From assembly GCA_031414535.1 (NCBI GenBank), contig JANNVQ010000053.1, positions 32,001 to 96,000 of the forward strand: a stretch of 64,000 bases of DNA. Direction: 5' to 3'. A program made the position numbers and the translations under genes. Position 1 is the first letter of the stretch. Every line of letters starts with the position of its first letter. This stretch comes from Gemmatimonas sp. (GTDB lineage: Bacteria; Gemmatimonadota; Gemmatimonadetes; Gemmatimonadales; Gemmatimonadaceae). The notes beneath the pieces are model-generated. The model was not told the origin of the DNA. It searched no databases and was given only the letters and a program-made list of their open reading frames with translations. Positions 1-9,646 of the stretch are shown here, piece after piece.

Positions 1-1
1 T

Positions 2-1252
2 CACGTCGGTCACGGGCGTCAGGCCGCACTCGGGGACTCCATTGCCGCGCTGTTGAGCTCGCAGGGCTACAAAGTCACGCGGGAGTTTTACTACAACGAC
101 GCCGGCGTGCAAATCGCGAACCTCGCGAAGAGCACGCAGGCGCGTCTGCGTGAGCGCGCCGGCCAGGCACTCGAGATTCCCGAGGGCGGCTACCACGGCG
201 CCTACATTAAGGACATCGCCGACACCTACGCGGCGGAGTTCCCCAACGACGCGCTGGGCGAGAACTTCGAGCAGGTGCGCGCCGTTGCCGTGCGCGAACT
301 CCGTAAGGAACAGGATCTCGATCTCCGCGCCTTCGGCGTGAAGTTTGATGTGTACTACCTCGAGAGTTCGCTCTATACGGACGGCTTTGTCGAGAAGACC
401 GTCGCCGCGCTACAGGAGAAGGGCCACACCTTTGAGGACGATGGCGCGCTGTACCTGCGCACCACCGACTACGGCGACGACAAGGACCGCGTGATGCGTA
501 AGCGCGATGGCACGATGACCTACTTCGTGCCCGACGTCGCCTACCACGTGACCAAGTTCCAGCGCGGATTCACTCGTGCCATCAACGTGCAGGGTGCTGA
601 CCACCATGGCACCACGGCCCGCGTGCGTGCTGGTTTGCAGGCTTTGGAGATGGGCATCCCCAAGGGCTACCCCGAGTATGTGCTGCACCAGATGGTGACC
701 GTGATGCGCAGCGGCGAGGAAGTGAAGATCTCCAAGCGTGCCGGCAGCTACGTCACCGTGCGCGATCTCATTGACGAAGTGGGCCGCGACGCGGTGCGCT
801 ACTTCTTCCTGATGCGAAAGGGCGATAGCCAACTGGTGTTCGACGTGGATCTCGCGCGCTCGCAGAGCGAAGAGAATCCGGTCTACTACATCCAGATGGC
901 GCACGCGCGCGTGTGTGGCATCTTCCGCGTCGGAGAAGTGGACGCGGCGACGGTCACCGGGAAGGACGTGAACTGGTCCGTTCTGGAGTCGGTTGAGGAG
1001 CGCGAACTGGTGAAGGCGATTCTCGACTGGCCGGCGTTTGTCGCGAGTGCGGCCGAGAACCTCGAGCCACATCGCGTGGCCAACTGGCTACTCGAGACCG
1101 CGCGTCTCACGCACACGTGGTATCACAAGCATCACGTCCTCGGCGAAGCCCCCGAGGTCATGCAGGCCCGCCTCGCCCTCGCTAAGGCAGTGCGCATCAC
1201 CCTCGCCAACGGACTCGGTCTGATTGGTATCGCCGCGCCCGAGCGGATGTAG
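2..1252 (+). CDS. argS: Arginine--tRNA ligase (5' end lies outside window)
   Basis: Frame is open from base 2 and reads [12 protein letters not shown] (HIGH motif). Also GADHHG, KISKRAG (KMSKS-like), [20 protein letters not shown] and C-terminal APERM. Confidence 0.97.
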   Translation, partial: HVGHGRQAALGDSIAALLSSQGYKVTREFYYNDAGVQIANLAKSTQARLRERAGQALEIPEGGYHGAYIKDIADTYAAEFPNDALGENFEQVRAVAVRELRKEQDLDLRAFGVKFDVYYLESSLYTDGFVEKTVAALQEKGHTFEDDGALYLRTTDYGDDKDRVMRKRDGTMTYFVPDVAYHVTKFQRGFTRAINVQGADHHGTTARVRAGLQALEMGIPKGYPEYVLHQMVTVMRSGEEVKISKRAGSYVTVRDLIDEVGRDAVRYFFLMRKGDSQLVFDVDLARSQSEENPVYYIQMAHARVCGIFRVGEVDAATVTGKDVNWSVLESVEERELVKAILDWPAFVASAAENLEPHRVANWLLETARLTHTWYHKHHVLGEAPEVMQARLALAKAVRITLANGLGLIGIAAPERM

Positions 1253-1276
1253 TTTCTTCTTGTTCGATTAACGGCA

Positions 1277-1389
1277 TTCACCACGGAGGCACGGAGGCAC
1301 GGAGACACAGAGACTGCTTGAGGATGCCAATAGTTGAAACGTGCAGCCTTGCCGTTGTAGTCTCCGAGCCTCCGTGCCTCCGTGGTGAA
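1277..1389. repeat. Long inverted repeat (30-bp arms, 1 mismatch, 53-bp spacer); REP/MITE-like or terminator hairpin
   Basis: 1277-1306 TTCACCACGGAGGCACGGAGGCACGGAGAC versus the reverse complement of 1360-1389, TTCACCACGGAGGCACGGAGGCTCGGAGAC. The arms are built from a tandem 9-mer CACGGAGG(C). Confidence 0.85.
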
Positions 1390-1404
1390 CAGCAGTAGCG
1401 GTTC

Positions 1405-1428
1405 TCTCCCGTCTCCCGTCTCACGTCC
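1405..1428 (+). repeat. Short heptamer tandem repeat (TCTCCCG x2, TCTCACG)
   Basis: Directly visible just upstream of the pfkB-family start; same YCCGTCH-type unit as at 20829 and 23624. Confidence 0.6.
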
Positions 1429-1439
1429 AAGCCCCTCAT

Positions 1440-2357
1440 ATGAGCGTCCTCGTTGTAGGCTCCGTCGCCCTCGATTCCGTTGAGACTCCCTTCGGCAAGG
1501 CCGATGAAGTCCTCGGCGGCTCGGCCAACTACTTCGCCACCTCCGCGTCGCACCAGACGGCCGTGCAGCTCGTCGGCGTGGTGGGCAGCGATTACCCGAT
1601 GCAGAAACTTGAGCCGCTGAAGGCCCGTGGTATTGACTTCGCTGGCCTCGAGACCGCCGAGGGCGAGTCCTTCCGCTGGCGCGGCCGCTATCGCCACGAC
1701 TTGAACTCCGCCGAGACGCTGGAGACGCGTCTCGGCGTGTTCTCGCACTTCCAGCCAAAGATTCCGGCGCAGTTTAAGAGCGCCGAGTATGTGTTCCTCG
1801 CCAATATCGATCCACGGCTTCAGTTGCAGGTGCTGGCCCAGGTGGACAAACCAAAGCTTGTTGCCTGCGACACGATGAACTTCTGGATCGAATCGCGCCG
1901 GCCCGACTTGCTCACGCTGCTCGGCAAGGTGGACTTGATCACGCTCAACGACGCCGAGGCGCGTCAGTTGACGGAGAAGGCCAACTTGGTGCACGCCGCC
2001 AAGTGGATTCTTGAGCGCGGCCCCAAGACCGTCCTCATCAAGAAGGGCGAGCACGGGGCCTTCATGTTCACCAAGGACAGCGTGTTCTTCGCGCCGGCCT
2101 ATCCGCTTGAGAGCGTGTTTGATCCCACGGGCGCAGGCGATTCATTCGCCGGCGGCTTCATGGGTTGGCTCGCACGCACGGGCGATTTGAGCGAGGCCAA
2201 CATGCGCCGCGCCGTCATCGTGGGCAGCGCGATGGGTTCCTTCGTGGTGGAAGATTTCTCTCTGCAGCGCTTGCTTGAGGTTACGCGCGAGGACATCGAG
2301 CGTCGCGTCGGTGAGTTTTACTCGCTGGTTAACTTCGATCGGGCGCTGAACGCGTGA
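1440..2357 (+). CDS. PfkB/ribokinase-family carbohydrate or nucleoside kinase
   Basis: GSVALD N-terminus, GGSA motif, NDAEA, and the DPTGAGDSFAGGF PfkB signature. Confidence 0.9.
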   Translation: MSVLVVGSVALDSVETPFGKADEVLGGSANYFATSASHQTAVQLVGVVGSDYPMQKLEPLKARGIDFAGLETAEGESFRWRGRYRHDLNSAETLETRLGVFSHFQPKIPAQFKSAEYVFLANIDPRLQLQVLAQVDKPKLVACDTMNFWIESRRPDLLTLLGKVDLITLNDAEARQLTEKANLVHAAKWILERGPKTVLIKKGEHGAFMFTKDSVFFAPAYPLESVFDPTGAGDSFAGGFMGWLARTGDLSEANMRRAVIVGSAMGSFVVEDFSLQRLLEVTREDIERRVGEFYSLVNFDRALNA

Positions 2358-3388
2358 GCGGCAACGAGAAGCTCACCTACGCCAGTGCTGGCGTCGACAT
2401 CGACGCGGCGGATGATTCCAAACATCGCATCAAGCGCTTGGTGGAGAGCACCTTCACGGCGGGCGCGCGCGGGGCCTTCGGTGGCTTCGGCGGCATGTTC
2501 CGGGTGCCCGAGGGCGCGAAGAAGCCGCTGCTCGTCGCGAGCGCGGACGGCGTCGGCACCAAGATCAAGACGGCCATCGAAGCGGACCGGCACGATACCA
2601 TCGGCCACTGCCTCGTGAACCACTGCGTGAACGACATCCTGGTGCAGGGCGCGACGCCGATGTTCTTCTTGGATTACGTCGCCTTCGGCAAGCTCATTCC
2701 GTCAGTGGTGGAAGGCGTGGTGGCGGGTGTGAGCGCCGGCTGCCGTGAGAACGGCGCCTCGCTTATTGGCGGAGAGACGGCCGAGATGCCGGGCGTGTAC
2801 ACGCCGCCAGATTACGATTTGGCAGGCTTCATCGTCGGTTGGGTAGAGGAGGATCAGGTCATCACCTCCGCCGGTGTAAAGGAGGGCGATGTGCTCGTCG
2901 GCCTCGCATCCACTGGTTGCCACACCAATGGGTATTCGCTGGCGCGGCGCATCATCAGCGAACGCTTGAAGCTCGGACCGCACGACGCATTTCCCGAGCA
3001 CGGCGGCAAGTCTGTTGCCGACGTCATGCTCGCGGTGCATCGCTCGTACTTGCCGGTGCTGGGACGTGAGCTAGGTCGCATTCACGCCATGGCCCACATC
3101 ACAGGCGGCGGCATTCCGGGTAATCTCGACCGGGCCTTGCCGTCACATCTTGACGCCGTGGTGGATACCAAGGCGTGGGAAATTCCAGCTTTATTCCGGG
3201 TATTAGAAGAGGCCGGGCAGGTTGATCGCGCGGAAATGTACCGGGCGTTCAACATGGGCGTTGGCATGATTGTGATTACTGATACAGCTGGCGCGTCTGT
3301 AATTCGAGATGTTGCGTCAAAGGCCGGTGTCGCCAATTGGAACATCGGTTACGTCCGCGCCGGGACCGGGCGGGTCCACCTCGTTTAG
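2354..3388 (+). CDS. purM: Phosphoribosylformylglycinamidine cyclo-ligase (AIR synthetase)
   Basis: YASAGVDID, GGFGG, DGVGTK, VNDILVQGA, GGETAEMPG, HITGGG and FNMGVG motifs. Confidence 0.97.
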   Translation: MSGNEKLTYASAGVDIDAADDSKHRIKRLVESTFTAGARGAFGGFGGMFRVPEGAKKPLLVASADGVGTKIKTAIEADRHDTIGHCLVNHCVNDILVQGATPMFFLDYVAFGKLIPSVVEGVVAGVSAGCRENGASLIGGETAEMPGVYTPPDYDLAGFIVGWVEEDQVITSAGVKEGDVLVGLASTGCHTNGYSLARRIISERLKLGPHDAFPEHGGKSVADVMLAVHRSYLPVLGRELGRIHAMAHITGGGIPGNLDRALPSHLDAVVDTKAWEIPALFRVLEEAGQVDRAEMYRAFNMGVGMIVITDTAGASVIRDVASKAGVANWNIGYVRAGTGRVHLV

Positions 3389-3405
3389 CCACGGAGCTGA
3401 ACTGT

Positions 3406-4380
3406 ATGCGTCGTATCCTGGTTGCCTCTGTCGCAGCTGTAGCGCTCTCTCTCGCTGCGCCCGCTTCCGCCTCGGCGCAGCAGGCCTGCGCTCCCGGTAG
3501 CGATGCTGCCGCCGCCGATGCCTGCGCCACCGGCGCTGACTTCCTCCGGTACATGGCCCCGCAGCTTGGCACCGCGTTGGTGGGCGGTAGCCACACGCTT
3601 GGCATTGGTAGCAACCTCGGCGGCTTTCCGCACTTTGCCATCGCGCTTCGCGGCAATGCCGTGATGGGATCCTTGCCCCAGCTCGGCAACCTGGCTGTTG
3701 GACCTGCCACCTCGCGCAACTACGCCGTGAAGAATCAGGTGCTCGGTCTGCCCGCTCTGGACTTCTCCATCGGCGTCACCGAGGGCTTCAGCCTTGGCGT
3801 AACGAAGATTGGCGGCATCGACATCATCGGTGGGGCCACCTTCGTGCCCGAGGTCAGCGGGTCTGACTTCAGCTTGTCGGCGCCCGACGGTTCGCTGTCC
3901 ATCGCTTACGGACTTCGCGTGGGCCTGCTGCAACAGTCGGTGCTCGTTCCGGGTGTGGCATTCTCGTGGATGAAGCGCGACATGCCGACGCTCAACCTCG
4001 TGACCAGCCCCAGCGCTGGCGATGAGATCGCGGTCAATAATCTCTCCCTCAACACCACCTCGTGGCGTTTGTCGGCGCAGAAGAATCTCCTGCTGTTCCA
4101 GTTTGGCGCCGGCGTCGGCCAGGATAGCTACGACTTTGATGCTGACGTGGCGGTCCGAGTGACTCAGGGCCCGGCCACTCTCAACGGCGCATTCAATGCT
4201 GCGCAGTCGATGACCCGCACCTCCATGTACGGCACCGTGGCGATGAATATCCTGCTCATTAAAATCGTTGGCGAAGTGGGTCAGGTGAGTGGCGGCGACG
4301 CGCCGACTTTTCACACCTACGATAAGGCGGCCAATGCGAGCCGTCTGTACGGCACCCTCGGTGCGCGCTTCAGCTTCTGA
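3406..4380 (+). CDS. Secreted hypothetical protein, probable outer-membrane beta-barrel
   Basis: ATG at 3406 after GGAG; signal peptide MRRILVASVAAVALSLAAPASASA; alternating amphipathic strands; C-terminal GARFSF ends in Phe. Confidence 0.65.
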   Translation: MRRILVASVAAVALSLAAPASASAQQACAPGSDAAAADACATGADFLRYMAPQLGTALVGGSHTLGIGSNLGGFPHFAIALRGNAVMGSLPQLGNLAVGPATSRNYAVKNQVLGLPALDFSIGVTEGFSLGVTKIGGIDIIGGATFVPEVSGSDFSLSAPDGSLSIAYGLRVGLLQQSVLVPGVAFSWMKRDMPTLNLVTSPSAGDEIAVNNLSLNTTSWRLSAQKNLLLFQFGAGVGQDSYDFDADVAVRVTQGPATLNGAFNAAQSMTRTSMYGTVAMNILLIKIVGEVGQVSGGDAPTFHTYDKAANASRLYGTLGARFSF

Positions 4381-4394
4381 GTTCTGAAGATTTT

Positions 4395-5492
4395 GTGACC
4401 CCAGCTACGGCCCCGCAGGATGGGGCCCACATGCGCCGCGCGCTTGAACTCGCGCGGCGCGGCTGGGGGCAGACGGCGCCGAACCCTTTGGTCGGCGCCG
4501 TCGTCGTTCGTGATGGTGAAATCATCGCTGAGGGCTGGCATGCGCGCTTCGGCGGACCGCACGCGGAGGTAGCCGCGTTAGCCGGGTTGCCGAAGAAGGG
4601 CGCCCGCGACGCCGACGTGTATGTCACGCTCGAGCCGTGTGCGCATCACGGGAAGACGCCGCCCTGTGCCGATGCGTTGATCAAGGCCAAGGTACGTCGC
4701 GTGATCATCGCCACCCGCGATCCAAATCCGCTGGCCGCTGGCGGCGTGGAGAAGCTCCGTGCGGCCGGCATCGAAGTGGTGGTCGGTGTCGAGCAAGCGG
4801 CCGCCGAGGAACTCAACGCGCCCTTTTTGTTCGCGGCGCGCCGTGCGGATCGCCCATTTGTGACGCTCAAACTCGCCCTCTCGGCTGAGGGCGCCTTGGC
4901 GCCCGCCGGCGGGGGACAGCAGTGGCTCACTGGGCCAGAGGCGAGGCGCTACGTGCATGAACTCCGCGCTGGTGCAGATGCCGTCCTCGTTGGGATTGGA
5001 ACGGTCTTGGCCGATGATCCGGCGTTGACGGTGCGGGAGTTCCCCGAGCCCCGTGTGCCGCCGAAGCGGCTCGTGCTCGACCGCGGCGCAAGGCTGCCAC
5101 TCAGCTCCACACTGGTGAGAACGGCCCGGGAAGTGCCCGTGGGTGTGCTCGCGGAGCGGCCCGACACTTCGCGGATGGCCGCGCTCACGGCCGTCGGCGT
5201 GGAGGTCTCGGTCTCAAGTGACCTGCAGGGCCATCTTCAGGCCCTCCGAACCCGGGGCATTCGGCACCTGCTGGCCGAACCCGGGGACCAGGTGGCCCAA
5301 GCCCTTTTGGGGGGCGGATTTGTGGACCGGCTGATTATCTTTCGGACGTCAGTCCCCTTGGGGCCTGACGCCCTCGCCGGAGTCGGGAAGTTCCTGCCGC
5401 CGGAGGAGGGGGGCGCGGGGTGGTGGGTGCTGACGCAGCAGTCTGTTGGCGTCGATCATCTGACCATCTACAAGCGGGTCGCGCCTCGCTGA
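4395..5492 (+). CDS. ribD: Bifunctional riboflavin deaminase/reductase
   Basis: PNPLVGAV, HAE, TLEPCAHHGKTPPC (Zn deaminase) and GIGTVLADDPALTVR (reductase). Start could be the ATG at 4431. Confidence 0.96.
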   Translation: MTPATAPQDGAHMRRALELARRGWGQTAPNPLVGAVVVRDGEIIAEGWHARFGGPHAEVAALAGLPKKGARDADVYVTLEPCAHHGKTPPCADALIKAKVRRVIIATRDPNPLAAGGVEKLRAAGIEVVVGVEQAAAEELNAPFLFAARRADRPFVTLKLALSAEGALAPAGGGQQWLTGPEARRYVHELRAGADAVLVGIGTVLADDPALTVREFPEPRVPPKRLVLDRGARLPLSSTLVRTAREVPVGVLAERPDTSRMAALTAVGVEVSVSSDLQGHLQALRTRGIRHLLAEPGDQVAQALLGGGFVDRLIIFRTSVPLGPDALAGVGKFLPPEEGGAGWWVLTQQSVGVDHLTIYKRVAPR

Positions 5493-5511
5493 TTCCACCC
5501 ACGCTCGTGCG

Positions 5512-6108
5512 ATGTTCACTGGCTTGATCACAGCGGTAGGCGAAATTGTCGCGGTCTCCACCACGGAGGCCGGACGTGAACTCGTCGTTGCCGCGCCTTA
5601 CGAGGGGTTAGATCTCGGTGAATCCATCGCCTGCGGCGGTGTCTGCCTCACCGTGCGTGAGTTCGGCCCCGGTCGTTTCACCGTCGGCGCCGTGGTGACG
5701 ACGCTAGACCGCACGGTCATCGGCGATTGGCAGGTCGGCACCAAACTCAATCTCGAGCGCGCCATGGCCCTCGGCGACAAGCTCGGTGGCCACATCGTGC
5801 AGGGCCACGTGGATGGCGTCGGCGAAATCATCGCGGCGCATCAGCGCGACGACGCGTGGATCCTCGACGTCCGTGTGCCTGACGACGTTGACGAACTCCT
5901 TGTGCCGCGCGGCTCGATTGCCGTGGATGGCGTGAGCCTGACCGTTGTTGAGTTGCCGGCAACAAACGTGATGCGACTCAGCATCATCGAACACACCATG
6001 CGTCATACCACGCTTGGGAGCCTGCGGGTCGGTCACCGCGTTCATCTCGAGGGCGATATTCTCGCCAAGCACCTCAAGCGCCTCGCGGCGCCACTTCTCA
6101 AATCGTGA
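5512..6108 (+). CDS. ribE: Riboflavin synthase alpha chain
   Basis: MFTGLI N-terminus, GVCLTV, NLERA, GGHIVQGHVDG, GSIAVDGVSLTV. Confidence 0.96.
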   Translation: MFTGLITAVGEIVAVSTTEAGRELVVAAPYEGLDLGESIACGGVCLTVREFGPGRFTVGAVVTTLDRTVIGDWQVGTKLNLERAMALGDKLGGHIVQGHVDGVGEIIAAHQRDDAWILDVRVPDDVDELLVPRGSIAVDGVSLTVVELPATNVMRLSIIEHTMRHTTLGSLRVGHRVHLEGDILAKHLKRLAAPLLKS

Positions 6109-7310
6109 ATATGTTTGGAACCATCGAACAGGCCCTGGACGATCTCAAGGCCGGCAAGTTCATCGTCGTCGCGGACGACGAGGATCGCGAGAACGAAGGC
6201 GATCTCATCGGTGCGGCGGAGTTCATCACGCCGCAGATGGTGAATTTCCTCATGAATGCCAAGGGCATGATCTGCGTGGCGCTGTCGCCGGCGCGCGTCG
6301 AGCAGCTCAATCTCGAGATGATGGGCTCCGAGAACACCGACGCCCTGCGCACGGCCTACACCGTCACGGTAGATGCCGCGCCACGCCACGGCGTGACCAC
6401 CGGCATCAGCGCCAGCGATCAAGCCACCACCATTCGCTTGCTCGCGGGCGGTACGAGTGCCCCGAGCGACCTGCGTCGGCCCGGGCATGTGCATCCTCTG
6501 CGCGCGCGCGAAGGCGGCGTGCTGCAGCGCGTGGGGCACACCGAGGCCGCGGTCGATCTCATGCGCCTCGCCGGTCTCGAGCCCGCCGGCGTGATTTGCG
6601 AAATCCTCAACTCCGACGGTTCCACCGCGAAGCGCCCCGACCTCGAGGCCTTCTCCAAAGAACACGGCCTCACCTTCATCACGGTGGCGCAGTTGGTGGC
6701 GTACCGCTTGCAGAACGAGCGGCTCGTGCATCGGGAAGCGGAAGCGCGCCTGCCCACCGAGTTCGGTGAGTTCAAGCTCGTCGGCTATCGCAACGATGTG
6801 GACCATCGCGAGCACGTAGCCTTGGTCTATGGCGACGTCGAGGGCGCCGAGCATGTGCTGGTCCGCATGCATTCCAAGTGTCTGACCGGCGACACCTTCC
6901 ACTCCATGCGTTGCGATTGCCATTGGCAACTGCACGAGGCCATGCGCCTCGTAGTGGAATCGGGTAAGGGTGTAATCGTGTATCTCGATCAAGAGGGACG
7001 CGGCATCGGCCTCCTCAACAAGCTCAAGGCGTATCAGCTGCAGGATCAAGGTGCCGATACCGTCGAGGCCAACGAGAAGCTCGGATTCGCGCCGGACTTG
7101 AGAAACTACGGCATCGGTGCGCAGATCCTGCTCGACCTCGGGCTCAAGTCCATTCGTCCGATCACCAACAATCCCAAGAAGCTCGTGGGCCTCGAAGGCT
7201 ACGGTATCACCCTGGGCGCGCGCGTGCCCATCATCTCGCCATCCAATGGCGAAAACGCCGATTACCTCGAAACCAAGCGCACCAAGCTCGGCCACCTGAG
7301 AGCCATGTAA
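6105..7310 (+). CDS. ribBA: Bifunctional DHBP synthase / GTP cyclohydrolase II
   Basis: DDEDRENEGD, TTGISA, RPGH, GHTEA, RMHSKCLTGD...CDC, QEGRGIGL, TNNPKK. Confidence 0.97.
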   Translation: MNMFGTIEQALDDLKAGKFIVVADDEDRENEGDLIGAAEFITPQMVNFLMNAKGMICVALSPARVEQLNLEMMGSENTDALRTAYTVTVDAAPRHGVTTGISASDQATTIRLLAGGTSAPSDLRRPGHVHPLRAREGGVLQRVGHTEAAVDLMRLAGLEPAGVICEILNSDGSTAKRPDLEAFSKEHGLTFITVAQLVAYRLQNERLVHREAEARLPTEFGEFKLVGYRNDVDHREHVALVYGDVEGAEHVLVRMHSKCLTGDTFHSMRCDCHWQLHEAMRLVVESGKGVIVYLDQEGRGIGLLNKLKAYQLQDQGADTVEANEKLGFAPDLRNYGIGAQILLDLGLKSIRPITNNPKKLVGLEGYGITLGARVPIISPSNGENADYLETKRTKLGHLRAM

Positions 7311-7795
7311 TGGCCGAGTTCATTGGAGTGCCGAGCGCCGAGGGCCGGCGCGTTTTGGTAGTGGCGAGCCGGTTCAACGAGCACATCACGCAGAAGTTGG
7401 CCGATGGCGCGGTTGAGTGCTGTCTCAAGCACGACGGCAAGCTCGACGACATTGACGTCATCTGGGTTCCGGGCGCGTGGGAGATCCCGCCCGCGCTGAT
7501 GAAAGCCTTGCAGTCTGAACGCTACGATTGCGCGGTGGCCGTTGGCGCTGTGATTCGCGGCGAGACCCCGCACTTTGAATTCGTGGCGGGCGAGGCCAAT
7601 CGCGGCGTGGCGCTCTTGCAGGGGGAGTTCGGCGTGCCTATCGGCATGGGTATTCTGACCACGGACACGATGGCGCAGGCCGAAGCGCGTGCTGGTGGCG
7701 CGCACGGCAACAAGGGATGGGACGCGGCACTCGCCGCATTGGAGATGACCGACTTGTTCGGCCGTCTCGATCTGATGAACGATCCGGACGTCTGA
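7310..7795 (+). CDS. ribH: 6,7-dimethyl-8-ribityllumazine synthase
   Basis: SRFN, VPGAWEIP, GAVIRGETPHFE, NKGWDAA. Confidence 0.97.
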   Translation: MAEFIGVPSAEGRRVLVVASRFNEHITQKLADGAVECCLKHDGKLDDIDVIWVPGAWEIPPALMKALQSERYDCAVAVGAVIRGETPHFEFVAGEANRGVALLQGEFGVPIGMGILTTDTMAQAEARAGGAHGNKGWDAALAALEMTDLFGRLDLMNDPDV

Positions 7796-8214
7796 TGGCT
7801 CGAGTCGAGACCCGAGGGCGCGCGCGCGCGCTCCAAGCGTTGTACGCCTGGGACGTTCGGAAAGACGATGTGCCGCTCACCCGCGTGGCCCAGCTCGTGT
7901 GGGACGACCTCGCGATTGCCGCAGAGGAGCGCGCCTTCGCCTCGGCCTTGGTGCAACTCATCGTCGCCGACCAGAAGGCGATGGATGCCGAGCTCGCGGA
8001 AGTCACCACCAATTGGCGGCTAGATCGCTTGGGTCACATCGAACGCTGTGTCCTGCGCCTTGGTGCGGCCGAGCTCACACAGGGCGGTACCCCGCCACGC
8101 GTCGTGATTCAGGAGTGCGTGCATCTCGCTGAGCGCTTTGGATCGGGGCAGAGTGCTCGCTTCGTGAATGGAGTGCTCGATGCCTTGGCGCGTCGGATGG
8201 GCCGGCTCTCTTGA
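7795..8214 (+). CDS. nusB: Transcription antitermination factor NusB
   Basis: ATG overlaps the ribH stop (TGATG); RARALQALY, NWRLDRL, FVNGVLD; classic ribH-nusB linkage. Confidence 0.95.
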   Translation: MARVETRGRARALQALYAWDVRKDDVPLTRVAQLVWDDLAIAAEERAFASALVQLIVADQKAMDAELAEVTTNWRLDRLGHIERCVLRLGAAELTQGGTPPRVVIQECVHLAERFGSGQSARFVNGVLDALARRMGRLS

Positions 8215-9326
8215 AGCTCGTGGCCGTGAACTGGCAAGACTTAGAGAACCCACTCGGCGGCGGTGCGGAAACGCACTTGCACGAGATTCTCGAGCGGCTC
8301 GCCAGTTACGGCCATGAGGTGGTGTTGCTCTGCGGAGGCTGGCCAGGCTGTCCGCCGCGGGTGACGCGGAAGGGAGTGGAGATTCATCGCGTGGGCACGC
8401 GACAGACGTTCGCCGTGCTCGCTCGGACGTACTGGGAGCGGCATCTGGCAGCGCGCAATTTTGATGCGCTGTACGAAGACATCAACAAGATGCCGCTGTT
8501 CACCACGCGGTGGAGCGGCCCGCAGCGTGTGGTAGTCGTGGTGCCGCATCTTTTTGGCGCCGCTGCGTTCCAGGAACTGAATCCCATCCTCGCCTCGGCG
8601 GTGTGGCTCTCCGAGCGCCCCATTCCGTGGATGTACCGCGGCGTGCCGTTCCAGGCCATCAGCGAGAGCACCGCCGATGACCTCGTGGCACGCGGCATTC
8701 CGCGCGAGCTCGTGAAGGTGATTCCGCCGGGCGTCAGCTTTGACCACTACACGCCCGAAGCGTCAAGCCGCGCCGCCGCGCCGACCATCGCGTACTTGGG
8801 GCGCCTCAAGAAGTACAAAGGCGTGGATTTGGTCATCAAGGCCTTTGCCGCCATGACCCATTCGGGGGCCAAGCTCGAGATTGCTGGGGCGGGGGATTTT
8901 CGCCCCGCGCTCGAACGCCTCGTGGACTCGCTTGCCCTTCGGGAGCGCGTGCGCTTTCTTGGCTTTGTGACCGAAGCCGAGAAGCTGGCGCTGCTGCGCC
9001 GTGCGTGGGTGGTCTCGCTGGCCTCGCCGAAGGAAGGCTGGGGCTTGACCAACGTGGAGGCTGAGGCCTGCGGTACGCCTGTGGTGGCGTCTGATTCGCC
9101 CGGTATTCGCGAATCAGTGCGCCATGGCGAAACAGGATTTTTGGTGACGCACGGAGACATCCCTGCGATGGCGGCGGCGTTTGATCGCCTCGCCGCGGCG
9201 CCGGCATTGGTGGCAGAGATGGGCGTGAAGGCTCGAGCCTTCGCGGAATCCTTCACCTGGGATCGCTGCGCCCGTAGCACAGAAGCGCACCTGCTCTCGG
9301 TGATCCAACAAGGAGGAAGGGCCTAG
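8211..9326 (+). CDS. Glycosyltransferase family 4 (GT-B)
   Basis: GGAETH, YLGRLKKYKG, EGWGLTNVEAEACGTPVV. Confidence 0.9.
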   Translation: MKLVAVNWQDLENPLGGGAETHLHEILERLASYGHEVVLLCGGWPGCPPRVTRKGVEIHRVGTRQTFAVLARTYWERHLAARNFDALYEDINKMPLFTTRWSGPQRVVVVVPHLFGAAAFQELNPILASAVWLSERPIPWMYRGVPFQAISESTADDLVARGIPRELVKVIPPGVSFDHYTPEASSRAAAPTIAYLGRLKKYKGVDLVIKAFAAMTHSGAKLEIAGAGDFRPALERLVDSLALRERVRFLGFVTEAEKLALLRRAWVVSLASPKEGWGLTNVEAEACGTPVVASDSPGIRESVRHGETGFLVTHGDIPAMAAAFDRLAAAPALVAEMGVKARAFAESFTWDRCARSTEAHLLSVIQQGGRA

Positions 9327-9646
9327 TGGACATTGTCATCCATTCGCACCACGCCGAAGTGTCCGAGTATATGCGCAAGCGCGCCATCCGAGCCGTCGAA
9401 AGTGCCGCCGCGCGCATTCCGCGCACGGTCGAGGGCATCATTCGCTTTGAGGAGGATGGCCCTACGCGTCGCGTCACGGTGACCCTGCGTGCGCCCAAGC
9501 ATCATGATCTTATGGGCAAGGGAGAGGGCCGCTTCTTTGGACCCGCCCTCGTAGCGGCGGTCGCGAAGGTCAACGCGCAGGCGAGCCGCGAAAAGCGCTC
9601 GCACGGTCGCGCCGGTGGCAAGCGCGAATCTTGGATCCGCGAGTAG
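9326..9646 (+). CDS. Short HPF/RaiA-family ribosome-associated protein
   Basis: MDIVIHSHHAEVSEYMR fits the S30AE/HPF N-terminal pattern; about 106 aa; directly upstream of hprK, as is common. Confidence 0.7.
   Translation: MDIVIHSHHAEVSEYMRKRAIRAVESAAARIPRTVEGIIRFEEDGPTRRVTVTLRAPKHHDLMGKGEGRFFGPALVAAVAKVNAQASREKRSHGRAGGKRESWIRE

Noticed and set aside
3170..3330. AT-richer codons at the 3' end of purM suggesting foreign DNA
   Set aside because: The reading frame and PurM motifs continue normally; at most this reflects an internal promoter region, which I cannot support.
4381..4430. FMN riboswitch ahead of the rib operon
   Set aside because: The gap is only 14 nt and RFN conserved sequences are absent.
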